Below, one piece after another: positions 45,401-54,190 of a stretch of DNA of 64,000 nucleotides. The notes below the pieces were generated by a model. The model saw nothing but the letters and a program-made list of their open reading frames with translations. It ran no database searches and had not been told where the DNA came from. The stretch is taken from positions 20,739 to 84,738 of the forward strand of contig CALCZP010000002.1 of NCBI GenBank assembly GCA_937903035.1, read 5' to 3'. This stretch comes from an uncultured bacterium (lineage in GTDB: Bacteria; Patescibacteriota; Minisyncoccia; Phycocordibacterales; UBA9973). Within the stretch, counting starts at the first letter, position 1. Every line of letters starts with the position of its first letter. The position numbers and the translations under genes were made by a program.

Positions 45401-45934
45401 GGCGAGTACGACATGTCGGTGGTGCACGTCGATGGTGATGGATCAGTATATGATGCACAGTACTTCGTTGATATACCTATCACGAGCATGACACAATCTG
45501 CGGAGACGGTGGTTGATACCACCAGTGGTGAAGAGTACATCATGCATATTGATGAGGATGTTGACGGTAGTTCTGATCACGAGCATGTATCAATAGCTAC
45601 TCCTCCGATTACACAAGTGCAGCAGCTAGCAGCAGACTCAACCCGGTCTACTGGGACTAATACTCATGGAACTTCAGTTATACGTGAGGATGCTTCACCA
45701 GAAGTGCAAAAGGTTGTTCTCAATGCATCATCAAAAGATGTGTTGGTAGTCCAGAATGAACATGAAGCTCCTGCTGATGTTGTTGTTTCCACGACAGAGA
45801 TGATCCATGAAGATGAGCAGTCTTTGGCAGCAGCTTCAACCTATGGCGTTGTTGCAAAGTCGCATCGGTTGGTACTGCTTGCAATTCTGACTATTGTCAT
45901 CGGATTCGGTATTCGCAAAGTTTTTATGAGATAA
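42494..45934 (+). CDS. large cell-surface protein. Domain order: signal peptide, right-handed parallel beta-helix (PbH1 repeats, ending NWWGSDTGP), LCAT/PGAP1-like alpha/beta-hydrolase lipase domain, C-terminal TM anchor
   Basis: Lipase domain: PVIIVPGINGTRL, PYDWRLS (the LCAT-family YDWR motif), nucleophile elbow AHSMGG, and a later GTHGSLP histidine. Beta-helix repeats such as ITIAHSTFV..., GIEIFNES..., GIQIFGAS..., GIAIYNTE.... C-terminal LVLLAILTIVIGFGI anchor. Confidence 0.75.
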   Translation: MKQTSSMLIVVYVLLSVTTCFADTTISDDIVVDTIWGSNESVYVIDRNISVADTSTLTILPGVTILMDEGVAITVKGTLAAQGIPESTIRVTGKTITSHVLAPPPEPAEGEVLSEEVEPVYIDEVTTLLPKGFVFEPGSRGVLSYISIDHATDPIEGIDASIAIDNAILADAITGIHLTGGVLSVLNTLFMSIVVPAKIGLSVDFSHDNNTFTDTQYPGWNFFGDGYNQDVHLVAGDGVYILSSSLSIAAEHSITIDPGATLLLANNVSVNVYGKLTAQGTADEPIAIAPLLPTMRSSVFVMSDDPIVFEHVNYSLGEELFFAQTNHITIAHSTFVKSPVAGFASTARISDTTFSDLPNDAALSFWGNAKVEGDHITIHTVDTGIEIFNESSLVLSNADVTDTYNGIQIFGASTAAISHSHITQSENTGIAIYNTEMLASKITVSYSEIAHTDYGMFITYQKPGDIAVARTSFHDNTVAVFVTESTVIDLSNNWWGSDTGPRIDANPGGVGDEVDGPITVTPWLKSDPVLGNDPVIIVPGINGTRLLEGDEEVWPRQLSLLLSPFDTYLNSLKLLVTGEVDPAHNIAVGDIIRDVPGSDIFQGLITELIKNGYQEGVDLFVLPYDWRLSNTVNAPLLKARIDEALRKSGKEKVDIVAHSMGGVLAKEYIATFGKGSVDQLIFVGTPHLGAPKAYKALMYGDDMGITKFGISLLSQQRIKSISQNMSSMFELLPSQQYVAQHGSYVKDEVGDYVASDRTDRWLNYDETKDFMARQGRNTALFPVAEDVHMRTDNIDLSDIRTTNIVGCGTGALSSISMTRGWSFKPLGIPLVNDIDIGYAIGDGTVPVASAKLDTSDSQYFSTVGTHGSLPSIPQIREGIVALLIGRHPVVSHEFSTNGRNCIEGGTIIGIHSPVTLDIYDEDWRHAGPDAAGVLEEHIPGVTYDMFGDKKFAFLPMGATYRVVNHAEGLGEYDMSVVHVDGDGSVYDAQYFVDIPITSMTQSAETVVDTTSGEEYIMHIDEDVDGSSDHEHVSIATPPITQVQQLAADSTRSTGTNTHGTSVIREDASPEVQKVVLNASSKDVLVVQNEHEAPADVVVSTTEMIHEDEQSLAAASTYGVVAKSHRLVLLAILTIVIGFGIRKVFMR

Positions 45935-45943
45935 TATAGCTAT

Positions 45944-46210
45944 ATGAAAAAACTGCATTATTTGTTTGTTCCATTAATTTTGAACTTAGCTGGTTTTATT
46001 TTTGAGGATCAGTGTGCTGGCACTATATGTTTTTATCCAGGTAGAGGATTTCCATTGGCGTATTATCACAATCAGGCATTCAACATAGGTACCTTCTTGG
46101 TTGACTATGCAATGCTCGCAGTGGTTTGGTTTATTGGATTTAAAACAGTGCGGCATTTCGTCAAAAAGAAACATCACGAAACACCGGAGTTTACCAGTCA
46201 TCCCTTGTAG
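45944..46210 (+). CDS. small membrane protein (88 aa)
   Basis: Two hydrophobic helices. Confidence 0.35.
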   Translation: MKKLHYLFVPLILNLAGFIFEDQCAGTICFYPGRGFPLAYYHNQAFNIGTFLVDYAMLAVVWFIGFKTVRHFVKKKHHETPEFTSHPL

Positions 46211-46225
46211 TACAATTAGGCCCAT

Positions 46226-46399
46226 ATGCGGATCAAGACCTATCTTTTCATTATTATTGTGGCATTTGTTGCAAGTGTGGTTGCGTATAGCATTATCCGC
46301 AAGGCATATGCAGATATGGAAACGATTGACCTGGATCAGTTTGAGGGCGGGGCAATGATCGAGGATGTATCGGTCGCCGATGAGGAGGTGGAACTATGA
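46226..46399 (+). CDS. small membrane-anchored acidic protein (57 aa), translationally coupled to the helicase (its TGA overlaps the helicase ATG: ATGA)
   Basis: MRIKTYLFIIIVAFVASVVAYSII TM helix plus an acidic tail. Below the ORF-track cutoff. Confidence 0.35.
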   Translation: MRIKTYLFIIIVAFVASVVAYSIIRKAYADMETIDLDQFEGGAMIEDVSVADEEVEL

Positions 46400-48081
46400 C
46401 GCAGGCAGAAGCACTGAACATTATGAAGACCGGTGCGAATGTCTTCCTCACGGGTGAGCCCGGGAGTGGCAAGACGCATACCGTGAACGCGTACGTCGAC
46501 TACTTGCACGAGCATGGCATTGATCCGGCAATCACAGCATCGACGGGTATTGCCGCAACACACATTCATGGCCAGACGATTCATTCATGGAGTGGTATTG
46601 GTATCAAGGGAATGCTCACCCCGTATGATATCGATCACATCGCATCGACGGAGTATCTGTCGCGTCGCATTCGCAAAACCACTGTGCTCATCATTGATGA
46701 GATTTCGATGATCGAAGCAAATACACTCGATATGGTGGACATGGTCTGTCGTGAAGTCAGACAAAGTGAGGAACCCTTTGGTGGACTGCAGGTGATACTG
46801 GTAGGAGATTTCTTTCAGCTCCCACCTGTGACCAAAGGTGGGACTGCGCCCCGCTTTGCATTTCAGTCTGCGGTCTGGCAGACGATGAAGCCGCTCGTAT
46901 GCTATCTCTCAGAGCAACACCGTCAGGCTGATGAACGACTACTTTCGCTCCTTGCGGCGATCCGTACCAACGAAGTGATGGACGATCACTTGAGCTATCT
47001 GCATGATCGTATCGCAAGCGAGGGCGACATCTATGATGATCCTGATATCACCAAGCTTTTCCCACATAATGTCGACGTCGATGGACTCAATGATCGTGCG
47101 ATCGCATCCCTCGAAGGCACGTCCATGCGCTATGACATGACTGAGCAGGGCAAGGAGTCGCTCGTCGCCGGACTCAAGAAAGGCTGTCTCTCGCCTGAGA
47201 CACTGATACTCAAGATTGGTGCGGTGGTGATGTGTACGAAAAACAATCAACAGAAAGGCTATGCCAATGGCACGATCGGCACCGTTATGCGATTTGAGTC
47301 TGATACGAAATATCCGGTCATTCGCACGCGCTATGGTGATGAGATCACGATCGAGCCGTCCGACTGGAGTATTGAGGAAAATGGCAAGGTCAAGGCACGC
47401 ATCACGCAGCTGCCGCTCCGTCTCGCATGGGCGATCACGGTACACAAGAGTCAGGGTATGTCACTTGATGCAGCGGTGATGGACTTGCGCGAAGTGTTTG
47501 AATACGGCCAAGGGTATGTTGCACTCTCGCGTGTTCGCACACTCAAAGGACTCTATCTCCTTGGATTCAATGAGCGAGCATTTATGGTGCATCCGGTGAT
47601 CCTTGAAGCGGATGCCGGCATGCGCAAGCTCTCGCGCGAAGCACAGTCGGTGTTTATGGATATTGAGAAAGGAGAGCTTCAGGCAATGCATGACAGATTT
47701 ATCCTCGCCGCAGGTGGTACGGTCGCCAAGCGCAAAAAAACAAGTGAAGGAAAACTCGAAAAAATAAAAAGAGATACCACTGATATCACGTACGATATGG
47801 TCAAGGAAGGGAAGTCTATTCTCGAGATCGCCAAAGCACGCAAGATGGTATGGACGACAATCATCGGTCACATCGAAAAGCTCGTTGAAGCTGGTAAGCT
47901 CACCTGGACAGATGTCTCGCAGTATTTTAGTCCCGATCTTCTCGAAGCATTACCTGAGATCGAGCAGGCATTTCTGGTGACTGACTCTGCAATGCTCACT
48001 CCGGTCCGCGAGAAACTCAACGGCAAGTATTCATTCGACACCCTCCGTCTTGCACGCATCGCACTTAAGCTCCAGAAATAA
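46396..48081 (+). CDS. Pif1/RecD-family ATP-dependent DNA helicase (AAA_30 plus a C-terminal HTH-like domain)
   Basis: Walker A TGEPGSGKTH, motif II LIIDEISM, and PLRLAWAITVHKSQG (motif V/VI, typical of the RecD/Pif1 family). Confidence 0.75.
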   Translation: MTQAEALNIMKTGANVFLTGEPGSGKTHTVNAYVDYLHEHGIDPAITASTGIAATHIHGQTIHSWSGIGIKGMLTPYDIDHIASTEYLSRRIRKTTVLIIDEISMIEANTLDMVDMVCREVRQSEEPFGGLQVILVGDFFQLPPVTKGGTAPRFAFQSAVWQTMKPLVCYLSEQHRQADERLLSLLAAIRTNEVMDDHLSYLHDRIASEGDIYDDPDITKLFPHNVDVDGLNDRAIASLEGTSMRYDMTEQGKESLVAGLKKGCLSPETLILKIGAVVMCTKNNQQKGYANGTIGTVMRFESDTKYPVIRTRYGDEITIEPSDWSIEENGKVKARITQLPLRLAWAITVHKSQGMSLDAAVMDLREVFEYGQGYVALSRVRTLKGLYLLGFNERAFMVHPVILEADAGMRKLSREAQSVFMDIEKGELQAMHDRFILAAGGTVAKRKKTSEGKLEKIKRDTTDITYDMVKEGKSILEIAKARKMVWTTIIGHIEKLVEAGKLTWTDVSQYFSPDLLEALPEIEQAFLVTDSAMLTPVREKLNGKYSFDTLRLARIALKLQK

Positions 48082-48085
48082 AAAA

Positions 48086-48107
48086 GCCGTGAATTATAAT
48101 TCACGGC
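48086..48107. terminator. Hairpin GCCGTGAATT-AT-AATTCACGGC preceded by an A-run (T-run on the minus strand)
   Basis: 10-bp perfect stem. Serves the minus-strand gene 48129-48521 and possibly the helicase gene. Confidence 0.5.
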
Positions 48108-48128
48108 ATGTGTAGCAAGAAATACTTT

Positions 48129-48521
48129 TTAAGCAGCATCTGCTTTTTGTGCAACTGGGTAGAGTTGCTCTTGAGGTTCGCCATCTTTTGCAAGCACCAC
48201 TGATGTCTGATCCTTGAAATAGGTCATGATGTTTGTTTTCTTTGGCAAATTGCCTTTTGGTAGTCCACAAAGGCTACACCATAATCCCAGTGGATAGTGT
48301 GGTTCAACTTCATCAATTTGAAAGCAAAAAGCTTGTTCACCCTTTACTTCTTTCTCTTCCAAGAATTTTAAGGCTTTCTTTTCAAAGCAGGCAACTTTGT
48401 TTTTTGTTGCTATGTCTTTTTGATCAAAAGGGAAGTAGGACAAAAGTCTGGCAACTGTCGCTAGAATAGCGGGGTTAGTTTCTTTTCTCATAATGTACTT
48501 TTTTAAAAGGTTTTTCACCAT
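48129..48521 (-). CDS. hypothetical protein (130 aa)
   Basis: ORF only. Confidence 0.4.
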   Translation of the reverse strand: MVKNLLKKYIMRKETNPAILATVARLLSYFPFDQKDIATKNKVACFEKKALKFLEEKEVKGEQAFCFQIDEVEPHYPLGLWCSLCGLPKGNLPKKTNIMTYFKDQTSVVLAKDGEPQEQLYPVAQKADAA

Positions 48522-48696
48522 AATAACCCATTATGGTGATATGTCAATGATGTGCTTTAGGTTTTCTTTATTCTAATTTGAGTAAATCTTTAGAACTCAA
48601 TGTGTTTGGAAAATAACCAGTCACAAGACTATTTGATCGTACATGAGCTTTGTCATTTGAAGGAAATGAATCATTCAAAACATTTTTGGAGTTTAG

Positions 48697-49296
48697 TTGA
48701 GCAGCAAATTCCTACTTATAGAGCATTACATACCGCGCTTCAAAAAATGGTACTATAGTGATATGGACGTACTCGCTCACACACTGTGGACCAATGCTGC
48801 TGCGCGTAAAGCAAATGCGGTTGCTGACAAACAGAAAAAGAACTTTCATGTACATGTGGGATGGACCGCATTTTGGGGAGTGATACCAGACTTTTTTGCC
48901 TTTACGATACCGTTTATTATTGGACTCTACCGAGTAATTTTTGGTGGTGTCGCATTCTCAGCGATGCGCGGTATGCGCTCGGTCGGAGGGTTTGATCTTG
49001 CGGCGTATCTCTATCAGTTCAGTCACTCGCTCGTCGTATGGGCATTTGTATTCATTGTTGTCTGGTATTTTTCCAAACGTCCACGATACGAGCTCCTGGG
49101 TTGGGCACTGCATATACTCATCGATATCCCATCGCATTCAATTGGCTTTTATCCGACACCGTTCCTCTTTCCAATATCAGAGTATCGATTTCCCTATGGA
49201 GTATCGTGGGGCAACCGTTGGTACATGATGATCAACTACACCGCATTACTAGTCGTTTGGGGTCGGATGATATTTTGGAAAAAACCTGTACACTAG
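48697..49296 (+). CDS. integral membrane protein (about five TM helices)
   Basis: Hydrophobic profile; start uncertain. Confidence 0.45.
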   Translation: MSSKFLLIEHYIPRFKKWYYSDMDVLAHTLWTNAAARKANAVADKQKKNFHVHVGWTAFWGVIPDFFAFTIPFIIGLYRVIFGGVAFSAMRGMRSVGGFDLAAYLYQFSHSLVVWAFVFIVVWYFSKRPRYELLGWALHILIDIPSHSIGFYPTPFLFPISEYRFPYGVSWGNRWYMMINYTALLVVWGRMIFWKKPVH

Positions 49297-49302
49297 CAAT
49301 AT

Positions 49303-49455
49303 ATGGAATACGAACCAAAACCATTACAGCAAGAAGAAGTTGAGAAGCTCCAGCAACAACTTGAAGCATCAAAATCATCAATCCCTTTGACTGAGGCAGA
49401 GCTCGAGGCACTTGATGAACCCGATGAGAATGATCATTTGTACGGACGTAAGTAA
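49303..49455 (+). CDS. small acidic protein (50 aa)
   Basis: MEYEPKPLQQEEVEKLQQQLEASK... followed by terminator 49468-49484. Below the ORF-track cutoff. Confidence 0.3.
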   Translation: MEYEPKPLQQEEVEKLQQQLEASKSSIPLTEAELEALDEPDENDHLYGRK

Positions 49456-49467
49456 TCTAAGATAGTC

Positions 49468-49484
49468 GCCGCACGGCGGCTTTT
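49468..49484 (+). terminator. Terminator GCCGC-ACG-GCGGC plus TTTT
   Basis: Read directly. Confidence 0.5.
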
Positions 49485-49500
49485 CTGTTAGGATGCATGT

Positions 49501-50076
49501 ATGCAAATCATGACTGCGACATTCACCAAAGGTGTGACAACTATCGAACAAATGTTCGAGGACAACTTGCCGCACGTGGCACTCATCGGACGATCGAACG
49601 TGGGTAAATCCACGACCGTTAACATTCTCACCAAGCAAAAGACTCTGGCAAAAGTCTCTGCAACACCGGGGCGCACGCAGCAGCTCAACTACTTTCTCAT
49701 CAACAACAAATGGTACCTCGTCGACTTGCCAGGATATGGGTATGCCAAGGCATCAGCATCAACCCGTGACGTGATCAAGGACCTGATCGGGACTTATCTC
49801 TTCACACCCGGACATCAGCATGCAAAAGTCGTGCAGATCATCGATGCGGTAGTTGGTCCGACCGAGCTTGATCTTGATATTCTCCGTGCACTCGAAAAAG
49901 TAGGCAAACACGTCGTCATTGCGGCAAACAAGATCGACAAGGTCAAAAAGTCAGAGCTTCAGTCAAAACTCAAGGAGATTCAGTATCTCGTCGGCGTGCA
50001 TCCGGTGATCCCGTACTCTGCTGAAAAGAAAATCGGTATTGCGGCGCTCATGAATGCGATTGATCCGTTTGTATAA
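49501..50076 (+). CDS. engB: ribosome biogenesis GTP-binding protein YihA/YsxC
   Basis: G1 GRSNVGKST, G3 DLPGYG, G4 NKID. 191 aa, typical EngB size. Confidence 0.85.
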   Translation: MQIMTATFTKGVTTIEQMFEDNLPHVALIGRSNVGKSTTVNILTKQKTLAKVSATPGRTQQLNYFLINNKWYLVDLPGYGYAKASASTRDVIKDLIGTYLFTPGHQHAKVVQIIDAVVGPTELDLDILRALEKVGKHVVIAANKIDKVKKSELQSKLKEIQYLVGVHPVIPYSAEKKIGIAALMNAIDPFV

Positions 50077-50081
50077 TACCT

Positions 50082-50558
50082 ATGGGCTACTGGCTAATAA
50101 AAAGTGAGGCAGACTGCTACTCGATCGATGATCTCAAGCGTGACAAGAAAACGTCGTGGACAGGAGTTCGCAACTACCAAGCGCGCAACTTTATGCGTGA
50201 TCACATGAAGGTTGGAGACCTGGTGCTCTACTATCATTCAAATGGTACGACATCTATACCAACAGGTATCCATGGCATTGCCAAAGTTGTGAGTAAGGCA
50301 CATGCAGATGAAACACAGTTTGATCCGGATGATGATCACTATGATCCAAAGTCTAAAAAAGAATCACCAACATGGATGTGTGTTGATGTTGGATTTGTGT
50401 CAAAGTTTAATGCATTAATCACACTTGCTGAGCTCAAGCATGATCCAAACCTCAAGGGTCTCATGGTCACTGCAGTTGGGAGTAGACTCTCAGTGCAGCC
50501 TGTATCAGAAACGCATTTTGCTTATATCACGACACAGCTCGTTATCCGTAAACAGTAA
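50082..50558 (+). CDS. EVE (PUA-like) domain protein
   Basis: The N-terminus MGYWLIKSE...WTGVRNYQARNFMRDHMKVGDLVLYYHS is characteristic of the EVE domain. Confidence 0.75.
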   Translation: MGYWLIKSEADCYSIDDLKRDKKTSWTGVRNYQARNFMRDHMKVGDLVLYYHSNGTTSIPTGIHGIAKVVSKAHADETQFDPDDDHYDPKSKKESPTWMCVDVGFVSKFNALITLAELKHDPNLKGLMVTAVGSRLSVQPVSETHFAYITTQLVIRKQ

Positions 50559-50571
50559 CGAATAAAAAAAT

Positions 50572-50599
50572 AACCCCGAACCATTTTATGGTTCGGGGT
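50572..50599. terminator. Bidirectional terminator AACCCCGAACCA-TTTTA-TGGTTCGGGGTT
   Basis: 12-bp stem with A/T runs on both sides. Confidence 0.55.
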
Positions 50600-50603
50600 T
50601 TCT

Positions 50604-50888
50604 TCATTTTGTTTGGCGATATACGCTTCCACTGATTTTTCCTTTGATATACGTTATAGAAACGTATTCAATTTTTGCTTCATAATCTCCCATTGAAATA
50701 GGAACAAGAATGATGTCATTGTTGATTTCACAAGCAGCAAAATATTTGTTGCCAATCCAGAGATGGCAACCAACCTTGAGAAGTGAATATACCGGCTCTT
50801 TGTTACAGGTATCTAAATAATACAAAGCATTCCAGAAGAATTTTGTAATCGCATTTTCAAATGAGAGTAGTGACAAAGGTACTTCCAT
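50604..50888 (-). CDS. hypothetical protein (94 aa)
   Basis: ORF only. Confidence 0.35.
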   Translation of the reverse strand: MEVPLSLLSFENAITKFFWNALYYLDTCNKEPVYSLLKVGCHLWIGNKYFAACEINNDIILVPISMGDYEAKIEYVSITYIKGKISGSVYRQTK

Positions 50889-51117
50889 AACAGATTAATT
50901 TTTTGACACTATATCACAAGTTATTATAAAGAACATGCTATACTTTACTTATATGGCAAAAGGAAATGAAAGTCGCCGCAAGGAGACAAAAAAAGTAAAA
51001 AAACCAAAAGCTGACAAATAGGCAGGTGTACGTCCCGTCTTTAGTATTCTTGCTACCAAGCAGTAGTTTTGGGGCTGTAAAAAGACCTTCTTTCTTGGTG
51101 TATTTGTATATATCTCT

Positions 51118-51606
51118 ATGAACAAACCATTCCTCATCATTAGCATCCTTGCAATAGGTGCAATCATCACCCTTTCATATACGACAAAAAAGTCGGCACC
51201 GATGCCTGTGGTGACTACTGAGACACAGACGATGTGTTTTTATCTTAGAGGTGCTGACAAAGCGTATCTCAAACTTGTCGTTGATAGTGCAGGGCGTGCC
51301 AGTGGTGAGCTTGCAACTATGCCTGCTCAAAAAGACAGTATGAGGGGGGTGCTCAACGGTGGTATTACGGTGGTAAATGGTATCGAAACCTTCGATGGTA
51401 CGTATACAAACATGGCTGAAGGTATGAATAATATCGATCAGCGACTTATTCGCCTCACTGGCACTGACGCACAGATTGGTTATGGTGAGATCGTAGAAAA
51501 TCCTGACGGGAGCTACAAATACAAAGATCCTAGTACTGTGAACTACTCATTTAGTATTCCTCGTGTAGATTGTGCGGCCTATGATGCCACCCGTGCGCAG
51601 TCATAA
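51118..51606 (+). CDS. secreted hypothetical protein
   Basis: N-terminal signal/TM MNKPFLIISILAIGAIITL. Confidence 0.45.
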   Translation: MNKPFLIISILAIGAIITLSYTTKKSAPMPVVTTETQTMCFYLRGADKAYLKLVVDSAGRASGELATMPAQKDSMRGVLNGGITVVNGIETFDGTYTNMAEGMNNIDQRLIRLTGTDAQIGYGEIVENPDGSYKYKDPSTVNYSFSIPRVDCAAYDATRAQS

Positions 51607-51643
51607 GTGCTATACTACAAGCATTAGCAATTAGAACAATTTT

Positions 51644-52030
51644 ATGGCATTACTTTTCTTTATCGGACGGATACTGGTTGGCGGATACTTCATTTATAAC
51701 GGTTACAATCACCTTGCAAACAGTGGCATGCTCGCTGGCTATGCTGGTTCAAAAAAGGTGCCCTATGCAAAGACCGGTGTCATTGTGAGTGGACTTCTGT
51801 TCTTGGTTGGAGGCTTTTCACTTTTACTCTGGATTGAACCAGTAGTTGGTGCAGGACTTCTCGTACTTACATTGATCCCAATCACTATTATGATCCACGA
51901 CTACTGGAAGTCGACTGATCCAGCACATCGCATGGGTGAGCGTGTTGCATTCCTCAAGAACATTGCCCTCATCGGCATGCTCCTCATGTTGATGGGACTT
52001 GCATCATTCATCATGATGCAAGCGTACTAA
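51644..52030 (+). CDS. DoxX-family membrane protein
   Basis: FIGRILVGGYFIYNGYNHL and four TM helices of ~130 aa total, the typical DoxX architecture. Confidence 0.7.
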   Translation: MALLFFIGRILVGGYFIYNGYNHLANSGMLAGYAGSKKVPYAKTGVIVSGLLFLVGGFSLLLWIEPVVGAGLLVLTLIPITIMIHDYWKSTDPAHRMGERVAFLKNIALIGMLLMLMGLASFIMMQAY

Positions 52031-52137
52031 TAGATAGAACATACCTAAAACACCCGCAGTGATGCGGGTGTTTTACTTTTCTATTATTTATGGTATTTTG
52101 AAGAAAATATTCAATCACAAATAAAAAAGGAGGAATC

Positions 52138-52812
52138 ATGAGCCAGGCATTATTTTCTGACGAAGCTTTTGGTACATTACTATTTAAACCACTTGAAGTT
52201 GAAAAGTATAGAAAACTTTCAGTTCAGGAAACGTTTGAGGAGTTGAAAGTAAAGAAACAAATTTTCATTCAACCATTGAGACCTAATAAAAGCGGTTTGG
52301 AATGGATTTATGAATTTCGTGTCGGACATTGGATTTGCAGGGTTTGTACAAGTTATCGTAGTGCAGTAAAAAATGGTACGGAAAAAGATGATTACATCGG
52401 ATGGGTAATGCTCTATCATCAGGTGTATCCAAAAGATAAACTGTTTTCTTTTGAAGTCAGACGTTCTACTGAGGAAAATTTCTTTACTAAATTACTTCAG
52501 TATGCTGTTGCATTTAAAGAAATAGCGTTAAGTTTGGGAATTTTTTGTTCGCAATGCGGAGATGAATTACGGTTGATGCATATACCAAAAGTTATGCACG
52601 AAATGGTATTTACTTGTAGAAATAGAGCCCATAAACATCCCCAGTGGCGTCTGACCATCTATTTTACTGAGACTGGTATTTCAGATGAGTCTAAGGCATT
52701 TCTTGAGAAGGAATTTGCTCGAAATAGCAAAAGAACTGAAAAAGAGAAAAGTCAGGGAATCCATCGGAAACCGAAAAGAGTGACAAGGGCTGAGCAAAAG
52801 ATTGATATATAA
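52138..52812 (+). CDS. hypothetical Cys-rich (putative zinc-ribbon) protein with a basic C-terminal tail. AT-rich with an unusually strong SD
   Basis: AAAAAAGGAGGAATC immediately before the ATG. Cys pairs CRVC...CSQC...C. Confidence 0.5.
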   Translation: MSQALFSDEAFGTLLFKPLEVEKYRKLSVQETFEELKVKKQIFIQPLRPNKSGLEWIYEFRVGHWICRVCTSYRSAVKNGTEKDDYIGWVMLYHQVYPKDKLFSFEVRRSTEENFFTKLLQYAVAFKEIALSLGIFCSQCGDELRLMHIPKVMHEMVFTCRNRAHKHPQWRLTIYFTETGISDESKAFLEKEFARNSKRTEKEKSQGIHRKPKRVTRAEQKIDI

Positions 52813-52924
52813 CCAACAGAAGAGTAGATTTTTACTTACCAAGTCCCAAGGTAATAACTTTGGGACTTTTTGTATATAAGGGGTATTTGACGCATTAAGC
52901 CTATTCTGCTACTATTGGCCCTAC

Positions 52925-53230
52925 ATGTTAAAGATCAGATTACAACGTATCGGACGCAAAAACGAGGCAGCATTTCGTCTCGTATTGACTGAGAGCAAAA
53001 ACGGTCCACAGAGTGGTAAGTTCAAGGAAATCCTTGGCTCGTACACCCTCAAGAATGACGCAGTCGTTCTCGAAAAGGATCGTATCAGTCACTGGCTCAA
53101 GCTTGGTATTCCGACTTCAGACACTGCTCACAACATTCTTGTAAAGCAAGGTTTGATCGAGGCTCGCGCAAAAAACGTCCTCTCAAAGAAAGCTCCAACT
53201 ACTGCTCGTAAAGAACTCAAGAAGAAATAA
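52925..53230 (+). CDS. rpsP: 30S ribosomal protein S16
   Basis: MLKIRLQRIGRKNEAAFRLVLTE matches the conserved S16 N-terminus. Confidence 0.9.
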   Translation: MLKIRLQRIGRKNEAAFRLVLTESKNGPQSGKFKEILGSYTLKNDAVVLEKDRISHWLKLGIPTSDTAHNILVKQGLIEARAKNVLSKKAPTTARKELKKK

Positions 53231-53305
53231 GATACCAACAGTGCCCGATGGGCGCTTTTTGGTATACTATAGTTGTTCACTTATCAGTTCATCCACCATA
53301 TTTCT

Positions 53306-53614
53306 ATGTCTGACAAAGAATTTCTCGAATTTTTAATCAAAGCACTTGTTGAAAATCCCGCTGATGTGGTGATTGATCGAAGTGTAGATGAAATGGGTGT
53401 TCTTCTTACTCTTTCAGTTAATGCAGCTGATATGGGTAAGATCATTGGCCGTCAGGGTAATACAGCAAAGGCAATTCGCACCCTTTTACGCGTAGTAGGT
53501 ATGAAACATAATGCTCGCGTTAACCTCAAAATCAACGAACCTGAAGGGTATAAATCTCAGCCAGGTGTTGCCAATATCGATGATGTGATGGCTGATCTCA
53601 AAGATCTCCAATAG
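53306..53614 (+). CDS. KH-domain RNA-binding protein (YlqC/UPF0109 family)
   Basis: GKIIGRQGNTAKAIRTLL is the KH GXXG loop. Its position after rpsP is conserved. Start trimmed from 53273. Confidence 0.75.
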   Translation: MSDKEFLEFLIKALVENPADVVIDRSVDEMGVLLTLSVNAADMGKIIGRQGNTAKAIRTLLRVVGMKHNARVNLKINEPEGYKSQPGVANIDDVMADLKDLQ

Positions 53615-53640
53615 ATCTCATACTTCATTAGTTTATGAAT

Positions 53641-53668
53641 AAAAATCCCCTTAGAAAAGGGGATTTTT
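53641..53668 (+). terminator. Terminator AAAAATCCCCTT-AGAA-AAGGGGATTTTT
   Basis: Read directly. Confidence 0.6.
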
Positions 53669-53766
53669 ATTCTAAGTACTGCCCAGGATAGTGTCTATTG
53701 ACATTATAGTAAATATATGCTAATATAAAAACAGACATCAATCATTCATTTATAAAAAAATAACTC

Positions 53767-54180
53767 ATGAAAAAAGTATTGTTTGTGGCACTTGTTGCCA
53801 TCGTGTTTTGTACCACCAGCTGCACAAAGCAGCTCAGCGATCTTGTTGGGGTAGATATCCAGCCGTTGGATAATGAACCAAGTTGGTACTCACCACTTGC
53901 TGATCCGAAATATGTGGTGACCAGTATGTACGAGTTTCAACTTGTCTATACATCTGGTGGGGCCCCTCGCTATAGTTATTATGGACGTCGCTACTATGGT
54001 TGGAGCTATGACTGGACGACATTATACTGTGCTAGAAATAATGAAAAAATTTCTGAAACAGTGTTGGTAAGTAATCAATTGCTCAACAGTGTGGCTGCCG
54101 CGATAGCCACCCAAGGGTACGCCATCGTTGGCTACCATGTTACGTTTGGTACGACTGACCTCATGCTTTTTAATCGATAA
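53767..54180 (+). CDS. lipoprotein (signal MKKVLFVALVAIVFCTTSC)
   Basis: Lipobox; followed by the hairpin terminator 54191-54229. Confidence 0.5.
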   Translation: MKKVLFVALVAIVFCTTSCTKQLSDLVGVDIQPLDNEPSWYSPLADPKYVVTSMYEFQLVYTSGGAPRYSYYGRRYYGWSYDWTTLYCARNNEKISETVLVSNQLLNSVAAAIATQGYAIVGYHVTFGTTDLMLFNR

Positions 54181-54190
54181 AAAGCCCATG

